From Haliotis cracherodii (taxonomy: Eukaryota), in NCBI RefSeq assembly GCF_022045235.1, contig NW_027266297.1, positions 53,072,001-53,136,000 of the forward strand: a DNA stretch of 64,000 nt. Direction: 5' to 3'. The position numbers and the translations under genes are program-made. Shown here piece by piece: positions 25,801-37,434 of the stretch. The number at the start of each line of letters is the position of its first letter. The stretch's first letter is position 1. Under the pieces are notes generated by a model, which saw only the letters and a program-made list of their open reading frames with translations, ran no database searches and was not told the DNA's origin.

Positions 25801-27161
25801 AGGTATATGGCTTTGAACAGATTAAATACATCCATGATAAGGTATATGGTTGTGAACAGGTTTCGTAGATGAAGCACATCATTTATTGAACTCCAATAGA
25901 CCGCCATGATTTGTAAATGTCACAAGGTCATTTTTGTTCTTTCAGGTCAGTTCCGGACCTTGCCCGATGGGACAGTTTGTGAGGGCAACCGGAATTTAAA
26001 TGACCAGTGGCAGACCCCCGGCAAGTGTAATAAGTGTACCTGTCTTCAGTCGGGGAAGGTCACGTGTGAAAGGTGTGTACACCTCTCTTCTGAAGTGTTC
26101 ACAGACCTTGAGGGTCAAAAGCTGGGAGAAATTTCTACATGTGTTTAACTTTTTTTTTTTAGACTTTAGTGCAGAGTTGTTTGCGACGTAATGTTATGGA
26201 TTCTTGGACATGAAACATGTGAAGGAATATCGTAAAATGTTCAATAACAATCTCATTAATTTAAGGTTGTTGCCTACGACATCATTCCGACACCTTCATA
26301 GAAGAACTCACGTGAAACAAGAGAGACTTTTGACCGCCCAATCTAAATTAAAGCTGCGCTGGGTTCTGCAGCGTATCAAATGCTAGATTTCTTAAACGAT
26401 TTGAATTAATTTCTTTACCACCTCGATTAGAACATTTCGATTTGGGCCAAAAACAAAACAACGCAGGACACAAATATGACTCCGATGGTACACATTTGGG
26501 GTGTATATGCCACGGATCGGAGCTCAGACACGACAGGCTGCATACAATATCCACAACAGGGTAATGGTATAAATATGTACAATCGGGAAAGGTCGTAGCA
26601 GCTAGTTTTCAAGATACAGAAATGAGATATGTTAGTCTGAATGCTTCGCGCACACGTATCGAGAATTTCGAAGCCTCGACGCTGATTGGCTGATCAGAAA
26701 GCTCAGATCAAGAGGTATCGTATGGGAGTAGAAGAGCTGGTTTTAATGAGATTGGTGCAATAAAGACATATAAGATGTTAATAATGTAACGGTTTCAAAG
26801 TATAAATATATACTTTGACCTTAGTATAACCATTTAATTCCTGATTGCATAAATGCGAATGGGTTGCACACTTTGCTTTGATCGCATTTCATTTCATAGG
26901 GTATGAGACGGTAAACAAGCGCGTACAATATTGCATTATGTTAATCAGAACTTCGGATCCCTTTGCTGCAACTTTACCCTGTTGAGTCCATTCTGATTAT
27001 GTGATTGTAGTTGCGGCGTCTCAGTGAGAATACAAGATACCACCCAGAAGATCTTTTGTTACCGCTCGGCAACCACGTACCCTGCCTGCTGTGACGACGT
27101 CATCTGCCAGGAGGACAAAAGGTTCAGCTTCATGGACTTCCTGAGATCCGCATCACTGTAA
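22875..27161 (+). CDS. Secreted single-domain von Willebrand factor type C (SVWC/Vago-like) protein, 117 aa; exons 22875-22950, 25946-26072, 27011-27161
   Basis: GT-AG introns in phase 1 and phase 2 join in frame: MLKTIVLLLCVAGIQGATYARRFIPGQFRTLPDGTVCEGNRNLNDQWQTPGKCNKCTCLQSGKVTCESCGVSVRIQDTTQKIFCYRSATTYPACCDDVICQEDKRFSFMDFLRSASL*. Has a signal peptide, W..CxxCxC and YPxCC motifs; AATAAA at 27267. Confidence 0.88.
23350..23736 (-). mobile_element. hAT-type MITE, inverted sister of 20220-20645, in intron 1 of the SVWC gene
   Basis: TIRs tagggcttggacg / cgtccaagcccta; 8-bp TSD attgtaat/attgtaac. Confidence 0.88.
24124..24490 (+). mobile_element. Dispersed repeat with a hairpin at one end (family C, copy 1)
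   Basis: Homologous to 61100-61620 and 62330-62668; head agagaatctcacc..gtgtcttttgatat / atatcaaa..gggtgagattt. Confidence 0.8.
25022..25860. repeat. 39-bp intronic minisatellite (~21 copies)
   Basis: Unit gtatatggctgtgaacagattaaatacatccaggataag; ends ~85 bp before the exon 2 acceptor. Confidence 0.97.
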
Positions 27162-27684
27162 CTGGGGACTTCGTGAAGAGGCCTTGCAGCGAGGATGCGC
27201 TGTCGGTACCGATGTGTGTTGCATGCATCCTCGGAACATGTCATAATATTTCCCACCTTTTGCTAGAATAAACGCATACATGTGCCAGTGGGCTTCGTCT
27301 TTTACCGCAAGATTGACTGACCCGGTCTTCATGCAACGGTGTAGCATAAGAAACAAGTTCAAACTGTCCTCCAGTTCTCTCGAAATGTATCTTTAGAGGA
27401 TATGATGACGGACACAGTTAAAACATATGTACGTAAAATATTCAATCATTTTGTTCAGTTTGCTGAGAGGGCACGTGCACGGTCAGCTAGCACCTTTTGG
27501 ACTCCTAAAAGGTGTGCCTGATTTGTCAACTAAGAATGAGATGGACAAAACAATTTATCGCAAGAAAATGGTGAAACTATGTGTGAGTGAGTTGGGGTTT
27601 AACGGGTTTAACGGGTATGGTGACACAAAATATAATAAAGTGAAACGTGTATGATTGCTGTTCAACTCATCACTCCTGAATGTA

Positions 27685-27885
27685 AGGTGAGGTAAGGTGA
27701 AATGGGGTTTAACGCCAACGTCCAAGATTGTTGCACGTGCATGCACGTGTGTGTCTGGCTGCTTGTACTAGTCCGGACTAATGCCGATGTCACAGTGCTT
27801 GCCCACCGAGATACCATGCCGCAGTATAACATGAACACCCTACTCAGACACAGTATACTGAATCCAAGCCGACCAGTCCTCGTTA
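27685..27885 (-). mobile_element. SINE family B, 5'-truncated
   Basis: Reverse complement of the 19050-19250 core and tail. Confidence 0.7.
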
Positions 27886-29818
27886 AATAAAGTGTATATG
27901 TTACTCCGCCTGAACAACGAACATTATTTTCAACATCATGCTGTTAACTACACCAACCTTCTCATTGAAACATGTGTCATACGTTAAGATGTATCAATCA
28001 CAACGATATTGGTAAGCGAACTTAATTTCTGATATACTCTTTTAAATTAGTTGTGTGTTTGGTTGCAATGTGGTATTATCATGTACACCAGATGGGTTCC
28101 ATAATAGGACTGTTACTAAATCTATGAAGGTTTTTCACCTACTGATATCAGTACTCTGATATCTCTCGGTGTTTTCAGTGATAATATATAATACCTACAG
28201 TAAAAACCTAAAGTATGCCCAAACCATATATTTAAGTGGCATTTATACAGGTTGTAAACATTAAGACAGAGTTAACTTATGGATATCAACAGGTGCTGAT
28301 ATTTTCATCAAGTGATCAACAACTTGGTAACTACACACTCAAATCCAGACTTCTTTGTCGTTACATGCTTCGTCATTAAAGCTTCATCCCCTGACATCCA
28401 GTTGCTAATGTGTATCTCTGTAATCTTAGTTTCATATTACCATGTCTTCCTCAATTGTTGATCACTTCCTTGATAGAGTTGATAGCACCAGGCTGTCCTG
28501 TACCAAAACTTCGCAATTATTGAAATAATATTTCATTTGGTATAATACAAATTTAGAGAAGGATAGCATTTTTCAGACATATTTGTTGAGCTAAACATAT
28601 TAAACACGCATAAATTTCATGCATAAACACAAGCTATTCTCTCTTTACCTTATGTTTCTTTCCTGAATTCCCTCACGACTGAACTGACACACAGCTGACA
28701 TGGTACTGAAACAAAGGAGTGAAATGAAAGATTATTTTCAGCATTAATTTATAGTTCTTAGTTTGTAGCTATTAACTCAACATGTGTTTTCGATATAACT
28801 TGCTGCATTGTATTAGGCATGAAATGTCAACAGTAGGCGAGTGTTTGATAGAAATGGTTCCATATGTTACGTTTATCCTTTCGTCAATACTTACTGTCCA
28901 TATACTCTATGCAATGTGCTACAATATCTTGATACACACCATAATGTATCTTACATTTAACTAATATTCCGTCTAATTTAAATGACATATACAGTTATGA
29001 AATGCAAGGTTTCAAATGGTACAGACGACTTTATCAATCTCCTAACTATACTTTGATAAACCATAAGTTAACTTCAAACGACAGTCTAAGCTATAGTTTA
29101 GGAAGTATGTGACCCTAAAGGTAATTGCGTTTTATAAAATCAAGAGTATGTTAAATAAATTTAGTAGTGAAAAAAATGTTTTCGTGATCGTAATATGTAT
29201 GTGATCCTAATGTCTTCTCATTGGACATACTCCAAAAACATCCACGAATCTGCAATAAGAATTTACCGGTGTAATTTGTAGCTGGTTACAAATTATTTCT
29301 CCTTTTCCAATTTGTCTAAAACGAAAGGACTATATATCACGGAGGGGGCAGCTGTAATATACAGCACATCGCTTCCAATGATCTTTTATGCTTACTTCCA
29401 TATCAGTCATGACACAGAACTTTGAAGAAGTGTTACCGATAAAAGTACACCATATATTACAACATCTATTAAATCATAAATCTTTGATGATATCTTGATA
29501 AAAATGCATTCCTTTTGCCACATGTAAATACTTCAACTACCAGCTCTAAAACAAATGACTGAGGAGGCAGCCCCGTTCCACACTAACATAACATAAAAAG
29601 GAAAAATATCCACTGCTGCGCGTTACACAAGCCTTTTACTTGTGTCACGCGCAGCAATAGATATCTTTTCTTTTAAGTATGTCCCTCTTAGCATGTTAGG
29701 AACTTCCGATCGGCGCCAAACTAAATGACACAAGATCATAACTTTTGCCAATTCTATTCTATTCTTTTGTGCCCATAATATACGAACACTACCTGCGGTT
29801 TCAAGTTTCAAATCCTAA

Positions 29819-32135
29819 CAAACCCACCACAAATTGCAAGAAAAATGATTTCTCCTGTTTCATGTTCATCCCCTCACAACATATTTAAAATCTAGGAAAA
29901 TCTATGTTGGGGAAAATTGTTTAGTTTGGGTATGATCTTTAGGGGGTAAATCAATGTAAATCAATGTGAAAAGCCCGAAAATGTAAGGTTTCATTTTTCC
30001 TTTAACCATATCAAGAGAGATATCAAATGAAAGCTGGCATCACATGCAGTCCTTTTGTATCTATAGTTTGTATCTATTTTGCATAAAAGTAAAATATTCG
30101 ACCTTTGAAACAAAACAAAAAACGAAATTGGGGGAAAAACACATATATCCATATTTATTCATCTACATACTTTTTGTTAGTCTTAACTATATTTATTTGA
30201 TAATATCAAAAATTGTTTATTTGTTTGAAAACCTTCATCTTAAAACATTTCCTTTTTAAATCTTATAGGTCAAGGGAGGTCATCAATAAATGTTGATAAA
30301 TATAAGTTTCCCGACAAGTTACACATTGGCGGCCATGTTTACCAAGAAGACAAAATAACAAGGTCATCAGTAAAGGCAATAAGAAGAGCACATATCTTTG
30401 TAGATACCATTGTGAAGGCTTTGCTGGTAGCGAAGGTTTTTCAAGTGTGAGCAAACAAGTATGAACAGAAGTTTGAAGTTCAAGAGATCATGAGAGAACC
30501 GGAGGGCACGGGTGGCCTCGTCGTCTAAGGCGCAGCTGTGCAGAGTTGCGTCCCATGGGCACGCCAGAAACCTATGGTTGTGGGTTCGAATCCCCGTTCG
30601 CCCCAATTATGTTTCTAGGTTTGTCAGCACCATACCCGTGCTCGTGGGTTTCACCGAAGTGGAAAACGTCTGAGACCTGCATCACTTTAGGCTTTCCTCC
30701 CACATTAAGCTGACACGCCGTGAGAGAACCAATGGAGGAAGTGACAGAGGAACCAGTGGAGGAATTGACAGAGAAAAACCTAGATTGCTCATCTGACAAT
30801 GAAGATCTCACAGACATATGTCATCTATTTGATGATTTGATTCACCAAACTTCAATCAATGATGGACTAAATGAAGAACAGCAAAGCCTTGGGTGCAATC
30901 TATGGAGATGGTGGATATCCTAAGGAGTTTCATTCGAGGTGAGAGAACTGGCAATTGGAACCTCCATCTCAAATCCTTATATCATATGCTCCTATACTCC
31001 ATGATGGCACACCGGCCTCGTGGAATCACTTACAATAATATATGTGGCATGTACTGCAATTATGTGACCAGTCATTATGGCATGCCAACAATTGTCTTTG
31101 ATGGCTACAACGAGAACCCATCAACAAAGGATATGACACATCTGAGGAGAACCGAGGGTGTAGTTGGAGCAAATGCAAAGTTTGACGGTTACATGATCAT
31201 TCAGTCCGAGAAGGAACAATTCCTTGCGAACACCAAAATAAACAAAGACAGCATAGGGAAAGCAGTATCTTTGAAAATATTCCAGTCAAGTCCTGACTTC
31301 AGGGAACATGCTAAGGTGTTTGACAAGCCGTTGGAGGATATAACCAGAGGACAGAAAATAATAACTGGAGAATAGGCTCTCTTGTGCCTTTACAACAGGA
31401 GAAGACCTAAATTATCTACCGTCGGTTTCGTGAGAAGGCGAGAAGGTCACATCAAGTGGATGAAATTGCAGCAGAAGAATGGGGTTGGAGAGTTATTGGT
31501 GAACTAATTCCACAGTTAACCGGTGTGCCACCAGCTCCTAAAGAACTCGCAATTATACAATACTACTATTAAACGAGCATGTGTGATTCAAACAGCTGCA
31601 GCTGTCACAGATTGCAGTGTTCTTCACTGTGTGACGAATGTGGTGGCATGTCTTGTTTGAAATGCCAACAGTCTGAGGCATTTGAGGTGAACTATGATGT
31701 GCATACCTGTTACTATGCATGTGTGTGCTGATAACTTAATGGGTTGTTTCGGTCAGCATATGACCATTTAATGCTGTTTGGAACACGACAGATTACTATT
31801 ATTGAAAGCTGAAAATAGATTTTTGCTGATTTCTCTGAATCAAAACAAGTCAGAATGTGGAAAGGTATAACATAATGAAGCCTGTATTTGTAGCTTTCAT
31901 TTGATATGTAAAAGAGTTAACTTGGAGTAAATTTCAAAAATGGAATTTTTGAATTTTTTTCTGTGAAAATGCTAGGGAATCGCTGTAGTAAAGAAGCCTG
32001 AATTTGGAAATGTTTGCCCATTTAGATTTTTCTAGATTTTTGATATGATGTTAAGGAGGGCTTATTAAATATGAATAAACTAAAAACATTTCTGTTGCAA
32101 TTTGTGGTGGGTCCATCGTTATTTTGACCGGACTA
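29819..32135 (+). mobile_element. Academ-like DNA transposon, internally deleted and decayed
   Basis: ~230-bp imperfect TIRs (cccaccacaaattgcaa..atatcaaatgaaagct / agctttcatttgatat..ttgcaatttgtggtggg) and a right end ..gaccggacta. Coding remnants at 30720-31690: FIRGERTGNWNLHL, IVFDGY..PSTKD..HLRR (XPG/PIN-like), EWGW..PPAP and a Cys-rich tail. Confidence 0.7.
30505..30722 (+). mobile_element. tRNA-headed SINE fragment nested in the Academ-like element
   Basis: A-box-like gtggcctcgtcgtctaaggcg, B-box ggttcgaatccc, then a tttcctcccaca core. Confidence 0.65.
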
Positions 32136-32251
32136 GTAATGAATACCATTGCATCGTGACGTTCTATGGAGAAATGCAATAAACTGTAGCCTAATCTTCT
32201 CTACAATTCCACCAGCTTGCATTACGTCTAGGAGGCTGGACCACATATATA

Positions 32252-33385
32252 GACTAAGCGGCAAAAGAAAGTATAGGTTGGCAATTTGTAATTTTCCTAA
32301 AAACAGCGATAACTAGTGGAAAGTTGGTATTGGGAATATGACTGCCCAGGAACAGGTACCGACAAAAAAAACCTCACCCGAACGCGCCACCTTCGACGGC
32401 GCTCGTGCGGTGACAAAAAATGGTGAAAAGGGTTTCCCGCCTATGGCATAAACTGCACGTGCATATTAGCTGTATAGATGCGTTCGTCTGCAGGGTATAA
32501 CCACACGTAATGAAAGCACACGAGAGAGAGAGAGAGACATCGGTATGGCAGAAATGGGGGCAACACAGGTCCAAATTGCCAGAAGGTTTGGTTGTACACC
32601 ATTGACAGTAGCCAGGCTGCTTCAACGGTACGGGCAGACAGGGAGGACACAGGACATGCCTATAACCGGACGACCCCGAGTGACAACAAACCCTGGAAGA
32701 GTGTCAGATACGGCTCATTCACCTGCGAACAGATTCGTAACGGCGACGGCGACGGCAGCAACAGCGTTAGCCAACGTACAGTACTACGACGACTTCGTGC
32801 TGCTGGAATCCGAACGTATCGTTCTTTCCGAGGAATGGTACTGACTGCTCAACATCGACGCCTGAGACTGCGATGGACGAGGCAGGTTCGACGTTGGCAA
32901 GTGAGAAATTGGCCTCGAGTGCTGTTTGCTGATGAAAGTCGGTTTAACTTGTTTTGAAATGACGGCAGAGAACGCGTTTATCGACGCAGAGGGGACGTTT
33001 GGCTCCGGCGTGTATTCGAGAGGTCAATCCATTCGGCGGAGGAGGTGTCATGGTGTGGGGCGGTATTTGTGGAGATCAGAAGACTGACGTCATGGATGAG
33101 GCGGCGTATCACATCATGCATTGAGACAGCTGGCGGTCATACACGCTATTGAAGGCAACTGTGTCGACAATGAACTTGTAATGCGTCTGACAATTTTTTG
33201 GTGACATTTCAGACAACTTTTGAAAAAGAAATTTCTTACCCCACCATTGTTTACCTTGAGCTTACATTACCTGTGATTGCACAATTCCATTCAAACTGTG
33301 GTTGATCAATCATTTGTTACCCCTCCCTTGATTATATTATAATCGATCATGGAATTCGACCTATACTTTCTTTTGCCGCCCAGTT
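32252..33385 (+). mobile_element. Tc1-family element with both TIRs, internally deleted
   Basis: TIRs gcggcaaaagaaagtatagg / cctatactttcttttgccgc with TA flanks; HTH (QVQIARRFGC), GRPRVT, VLFADESRFNL, GGVMVWGGI, GGHTRY*. Confidence 0.92.
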
Positions 33386-33440
33386 TAGTAAATCTTTTGT
33401 ACAGTTTAGAAGCGAATACGTTTCCAAGACCACTAGGCAA

Positions 33441-33441
<1 letters not shown>

Positions 33442-33479
<38 letters not shown>
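33442..33479. repeat. (TA)n microsatellite
   Basis: Direct reading. Confidence 0.95.
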
Positions 33480-33482
<3 letters not shown>

Positions 33483-33924
33483 TTCCTGTATTTATCTGTT
33501 CCCTTTCTTGTGAAGCAGGGCAATGGCTCACAGTAACTGGCTGCCAAACGTTGAACACAGTATTGGGTCTTTTCAGTATTTCACAATTACAACTGTGCAG
33601 ATTTGCATATATTGACCCATGGTGTCACCATGGCTTCTTACATTTACAACGAAACTTATGAAAATGTGTAAGAATAATTTACCAAACATGTTCGATGTAA
33701 AGCAAGTATCAGATGAGTTTCTGTTTCACATGCCTGTTGCTCTTTTTCATGAAGGAGCTACATTCTTTTCAATTTATTTTTACAATATTGGAGCAAACGC
33801 ATTTGCATTTCCAGATCGCTTTATGGGACCGTGGAACTGGGTAGGTTACCCCGAACACTATCCTTAGCTCTTGGATCCCTTTTAAGACCAATCACCCCTT
33901 TAATGCTCATTAAATCGACACATT

Positions 33925-34840
33925 AGCCGGGACACTGTGATCCGACGTCTACGTTCCAACAACTTCAGATGTCGCCGACCAGCACGTCGTCCTGTTCTCC
34001 AACCACGGCATCGGCAGGCACGACTTCAGTGGGCACAGGGTCATCGCAATTTTCTCTGATGAAAGTCGCTTTTGTGTCTCCCATGCAGACGGATTTGGCG
34101 GCGTCGAGGTGATCGTTTCGCTGACAGAAACGTTGTGGAAAGGGATCCATGGGATGGACCTAGCGTCATGATATGGGCAGGGATTGGACTTAATGCGAGA
34201 ATTGGACTATGTGCTTTCTGAATGTTGGTCAAGGTTGGGGACACGGCGTCACTGCTCAGCGGTATATCGATCAAGTGATCAGACCCCACTTTGTTCCATT
34301 TTTTGCACAACATCAACACATTTTTCAGCAGGACAACGCTCGTCCCGATGTTGCCAGAGCTTCCATGGCCTTTCTGTAAGAACACAACATCCGTGTTCTA
34401 CCGTGGCCAGCCCTCAGCCCTGATCTGAACCCCATCGAACATTTGCGGGATGAGATTCAAAGGCGTCTGCACAATGTGCGCCCAGTCCCTACAACTGCCG
34501 ATGAACTACGCACAGCTGCTCTGGATGTATACAGGAGGATCCCTAGGGCCTTCACGAATCGTGAGATCCACTCAATGTACAGGAGATGTGTGGCAGTGAT
34601 CAATGCTAATGGTGGTCACACCAGGTATTGACTGACATTTTGGGTAGTGACCCGAAACTGTGTAAACCCTTAACATTTGAAAAAAACCAATTATACCATC
34701 TGCCTTTTTAATCCATTAAACTTTTTTTAAATTTTTGTTGTTGTCAATCTTGCCCTATTAGTATTTCTTGTCTTTACTGTAGAAAATAAATAACATGTAT
34801 ACTGCATACCCGATTTGCGTTTCTTTTGCGTGTGAGTATA
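33925..34840 (+). mobile_element. Tc1-family remnant, 5' truncated
   Basis: FSDESRF, SVMIWAGI, FQQDNARP, WPALSPDLNPIEHL, GGHTRY*; right TIR ttgcgtttcttttgcgtgtgagta. Confidence 0.92.
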
Positions 34841-35994
34841 TATACAAGTGGTTTCATCAGGTGTATAAGTATTAAATATATAAAAAACAGAGTCTAGATA
34901 TTTGTGCTTGTCAAAGGTCCTTTATTCACACAAGATCTTTGGCCGTTCAATAATCCATTCATCATCCATTGTGTACAACTGGGTATTGACTTTAGGACAC
35001 AAGGGCGTACTTTCTTACTGCACTGTTATACTTCCGCAGTATCGATCTCTGTGTATATGAACACTCATTATACAAGTAAGTGCCTCGGTAACATCTGGAT
35101 AGAGCACGGGTTACATTTCAATTTGACGCTTTATTAAAACGAATCAGTCTTCGTATTGCTCACCCAGCGGAACAGGTTGTGGGGACAAACCCCTGCATGA
35201 AGAAGCTGTTTAAGGATGGTTACCATCTGATGTTCATGCAATCGAATACAGTACAACGGAATCTTGATGACGATGTAAGTAATCTAAATCTATAAGTTAA
35301 TTGTTATATCTTTCAGGTGGCAATTGTTTTGCGTAAGATACGACTAGCGGTACAGGCACGTCATCACTTTTTTAACGTAGAGCAAGGTTTCCTGTAGTTT
35401 TCAATACGTTGAATTGACTTTGGATGGTTTAAATTTTAAATTGGGCGAAATCTTAAATTATTAGGTCATACAAAGCTAGATCAACATTGAAAACACAGAT
35501 ATTTTATTATGACAAAATAAAACGCTAACTCTTTGGAGTTAGTGCTTGACATTGAGGAATACAGCATATTGTGAGTAGTAGCTCGATCTGAATTAAGAAA
35601 CTTCGACAATAGCATTTAAACATGGCATTTCGCTGTATACTCGAAGATTGATTTTTACAACATAATCCGTTCTCATACGTGATAGGATTTAAAAGTGTTT
35701 AGCGCACATACTGCCTGAGCCAACGTGAAGTGGTCATCCCAGAAGAAGCAAGCCAAGCACGTCATTATTATGTCACATCGTGTCACGCTAAAGATATGAC
35801 GTCACAGTCGTATATAGAAAAGCGCCAATATTCAAGCTCCGTGTTCTTCTAAAAGCTGAAATACACTCTATTAGTCAATTTCTATCTAGTATTCTGCACT
35901 AAATATATTGACATACATATTCCTGTAAACCGAATATGTACCCCTGTTTCAGTTGAAGGATCTACACTTGGCCTCATTCCCAAGACGATTAAAT

Positions 35995-37260
35995 ATGGCG
36001 TCTCACAAACAAATAATAGGAGCTTTTCTATTGGTATCAATGATATCTGCACTATTAGTGGTGATCGCCATCGTACATGAACATCAAATGAGAGAAGTGC
36101 CTAGACATACGGAAAGCAGACACGCCAGCAAAGGCACATCTCACTCAAAGAGTCTTTATTTGCTTCCAGATACTGCACATACGTCTCAGAAATTAATGCC
36201 AGCAATTAATCTAGACGATTATGATGTAATGCAAACAGAAAACCAGTCGAGTGTGAACATCCTACCTGTGAATCATAGCTCTACATATCATGCTAGTGCT
36301 TTATCCTCATCAAACGATAAGCAACAAGAAAACGATTCACGTCCCTTCACTCCACGTGTGAATGGCAGTTCAACATCTCATGGTAATGCTCATCCTGCCT
36401 CTAACAATAAGCATAAAGATCCTGGAGTTCGCCCGGACAGTTGCAGGGACTGTTTCAGACATAATTTCGACTATCTTATACAGAACACTGATATATGTGA
36501 CAACTCGAAAGGGCAGATAGATCTGCTGATGCTCATCTTCACCAGTCACGCTAACAGACGTAACAGAGATGTTATCCGCTCAACGTGGTCGTCGATCTCA
36601 AGAAACAATACCGGAAGTGTGAGGTATGTCTTTCTGTTGGGAATCGTTGAAGATTACTCCTTGATAAAGAGTGTCCAGGAAGAATCACAGCAGATGGAGG
36701 ATTTACTGATGGAGGATTTCTTTGACTCTTATGCGAATTTGACATACAAAACAATCATGGGGTATAAGTGGGCGAACACCTATTGTCCCCATGCAAGATT
36801 TGTTCTCAAGACGGATGATGATATGTGGATCAACGTACCCAACATGCTCAGTGTCGTCAATCATAATGCAGTGATGCTGCAGAATACTGTGATAGGTGCG
36901 TGTTATTTGAATGCCGCCGTTGTTAGAGATTCAAAGTCAAAGTGGTATGCGTCCCCCAAGAGCTATCCTCATTCAAGATACACGGGATACTGTTCTGGAA
37001 CTGGGTATGTCACCAGTATGAAGGTTGTGACACAGGTGTATCGCGTATCGAAAGACGTGCCGTTCTTTCACCTAGAGGATGTTTACATAGCTTTCTGCAT
37101 TTTTAAACTAGGTTTTAAACTCAAATATCATTCTGGATTTTATAGATATTTTAAACGAGGTACAGCCTGCATGTATAAATCAGAAAAAGTCCTGATAGTC
37201 CATGGTCTCTCGTTGACTTACATCGAGAAAATGTGGGCAACAAAGTGCCACGTGAGGTGA
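35995..37260 (+). CDS. Beta-1,3-galactosyltransferase-like glycosyltransferase (GT31), 421 aa, single coding exon
   Basis: ATG at 35995 after a splice acceptor ending at 35952. Type II TM anchor, Ser/His/Asn-rich stem, motifs RDVIRSTW, DSYANLTYKT, KTDDD, YCSGTGY, LEDVY; AATAAA at ~37269. Confidence 0.95.
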   Translation: MASHKQIIGAFLLVSMISALLVVIAIVHEHQMREVPRHTESRHASKGTSHSKSLYLLPDTAHTSQKLMPAINLDDYDVMQTENQSSVNILPVNHSSTYHASALSSSNDKQQENDSRPFTPRVNGSSTSHGNAHPASNNKHKDPGVRPDSCRDCFRHNFDYLIQNTDICDNSKGQIDLLMLIFTSHANRRNRDVIRSTWSSISRNNTGSVRYVFLLGIVEDYSLIKSVQEESQQMEDLLMEDFFDSYANLTYKTIMGYKWANTYCPHARFVLKTDDDMWINVPNMLSVVNHNAVMLQNTVIGACYLNAAVVRDSKSKWYASPKSYPHSRYTGYCSGTGYVTSMKVVTQVYRVSKDVPFFHLEDVYIAFCIFKLGFKLKYHSGFYRYFKRGTACMYKSEKVLIVHGLSLTYIEKMWATKCHVR

Positions 37261-37434
37261 ACTTGTCAATAAATATATATTGCAAAAACGGTATTTATCT
37301 TATGAAAATATATCACATGGAATTACATGTCAGTTGGATGTGGTGAGTATTGTGGTAGTTATATCAAGGTTAACATCATTCATACTGTATTTATCAATTG
37401 TAATTAGAAGTGTGTGATATTTGATCAGCGATAT

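Noticed and set aside
25017-25907. 296-aa hydrophobic and 242-aa basic repeat ORFs
   Set aside because: Translations of the 39-bp intronic repeat.
35953-35994. N-terminal extension of the GT31 ORF in the track
   Set aside because: It starts at TTG right after a splice acceptor; the first ATG at 35995 gives a normal type II topology.
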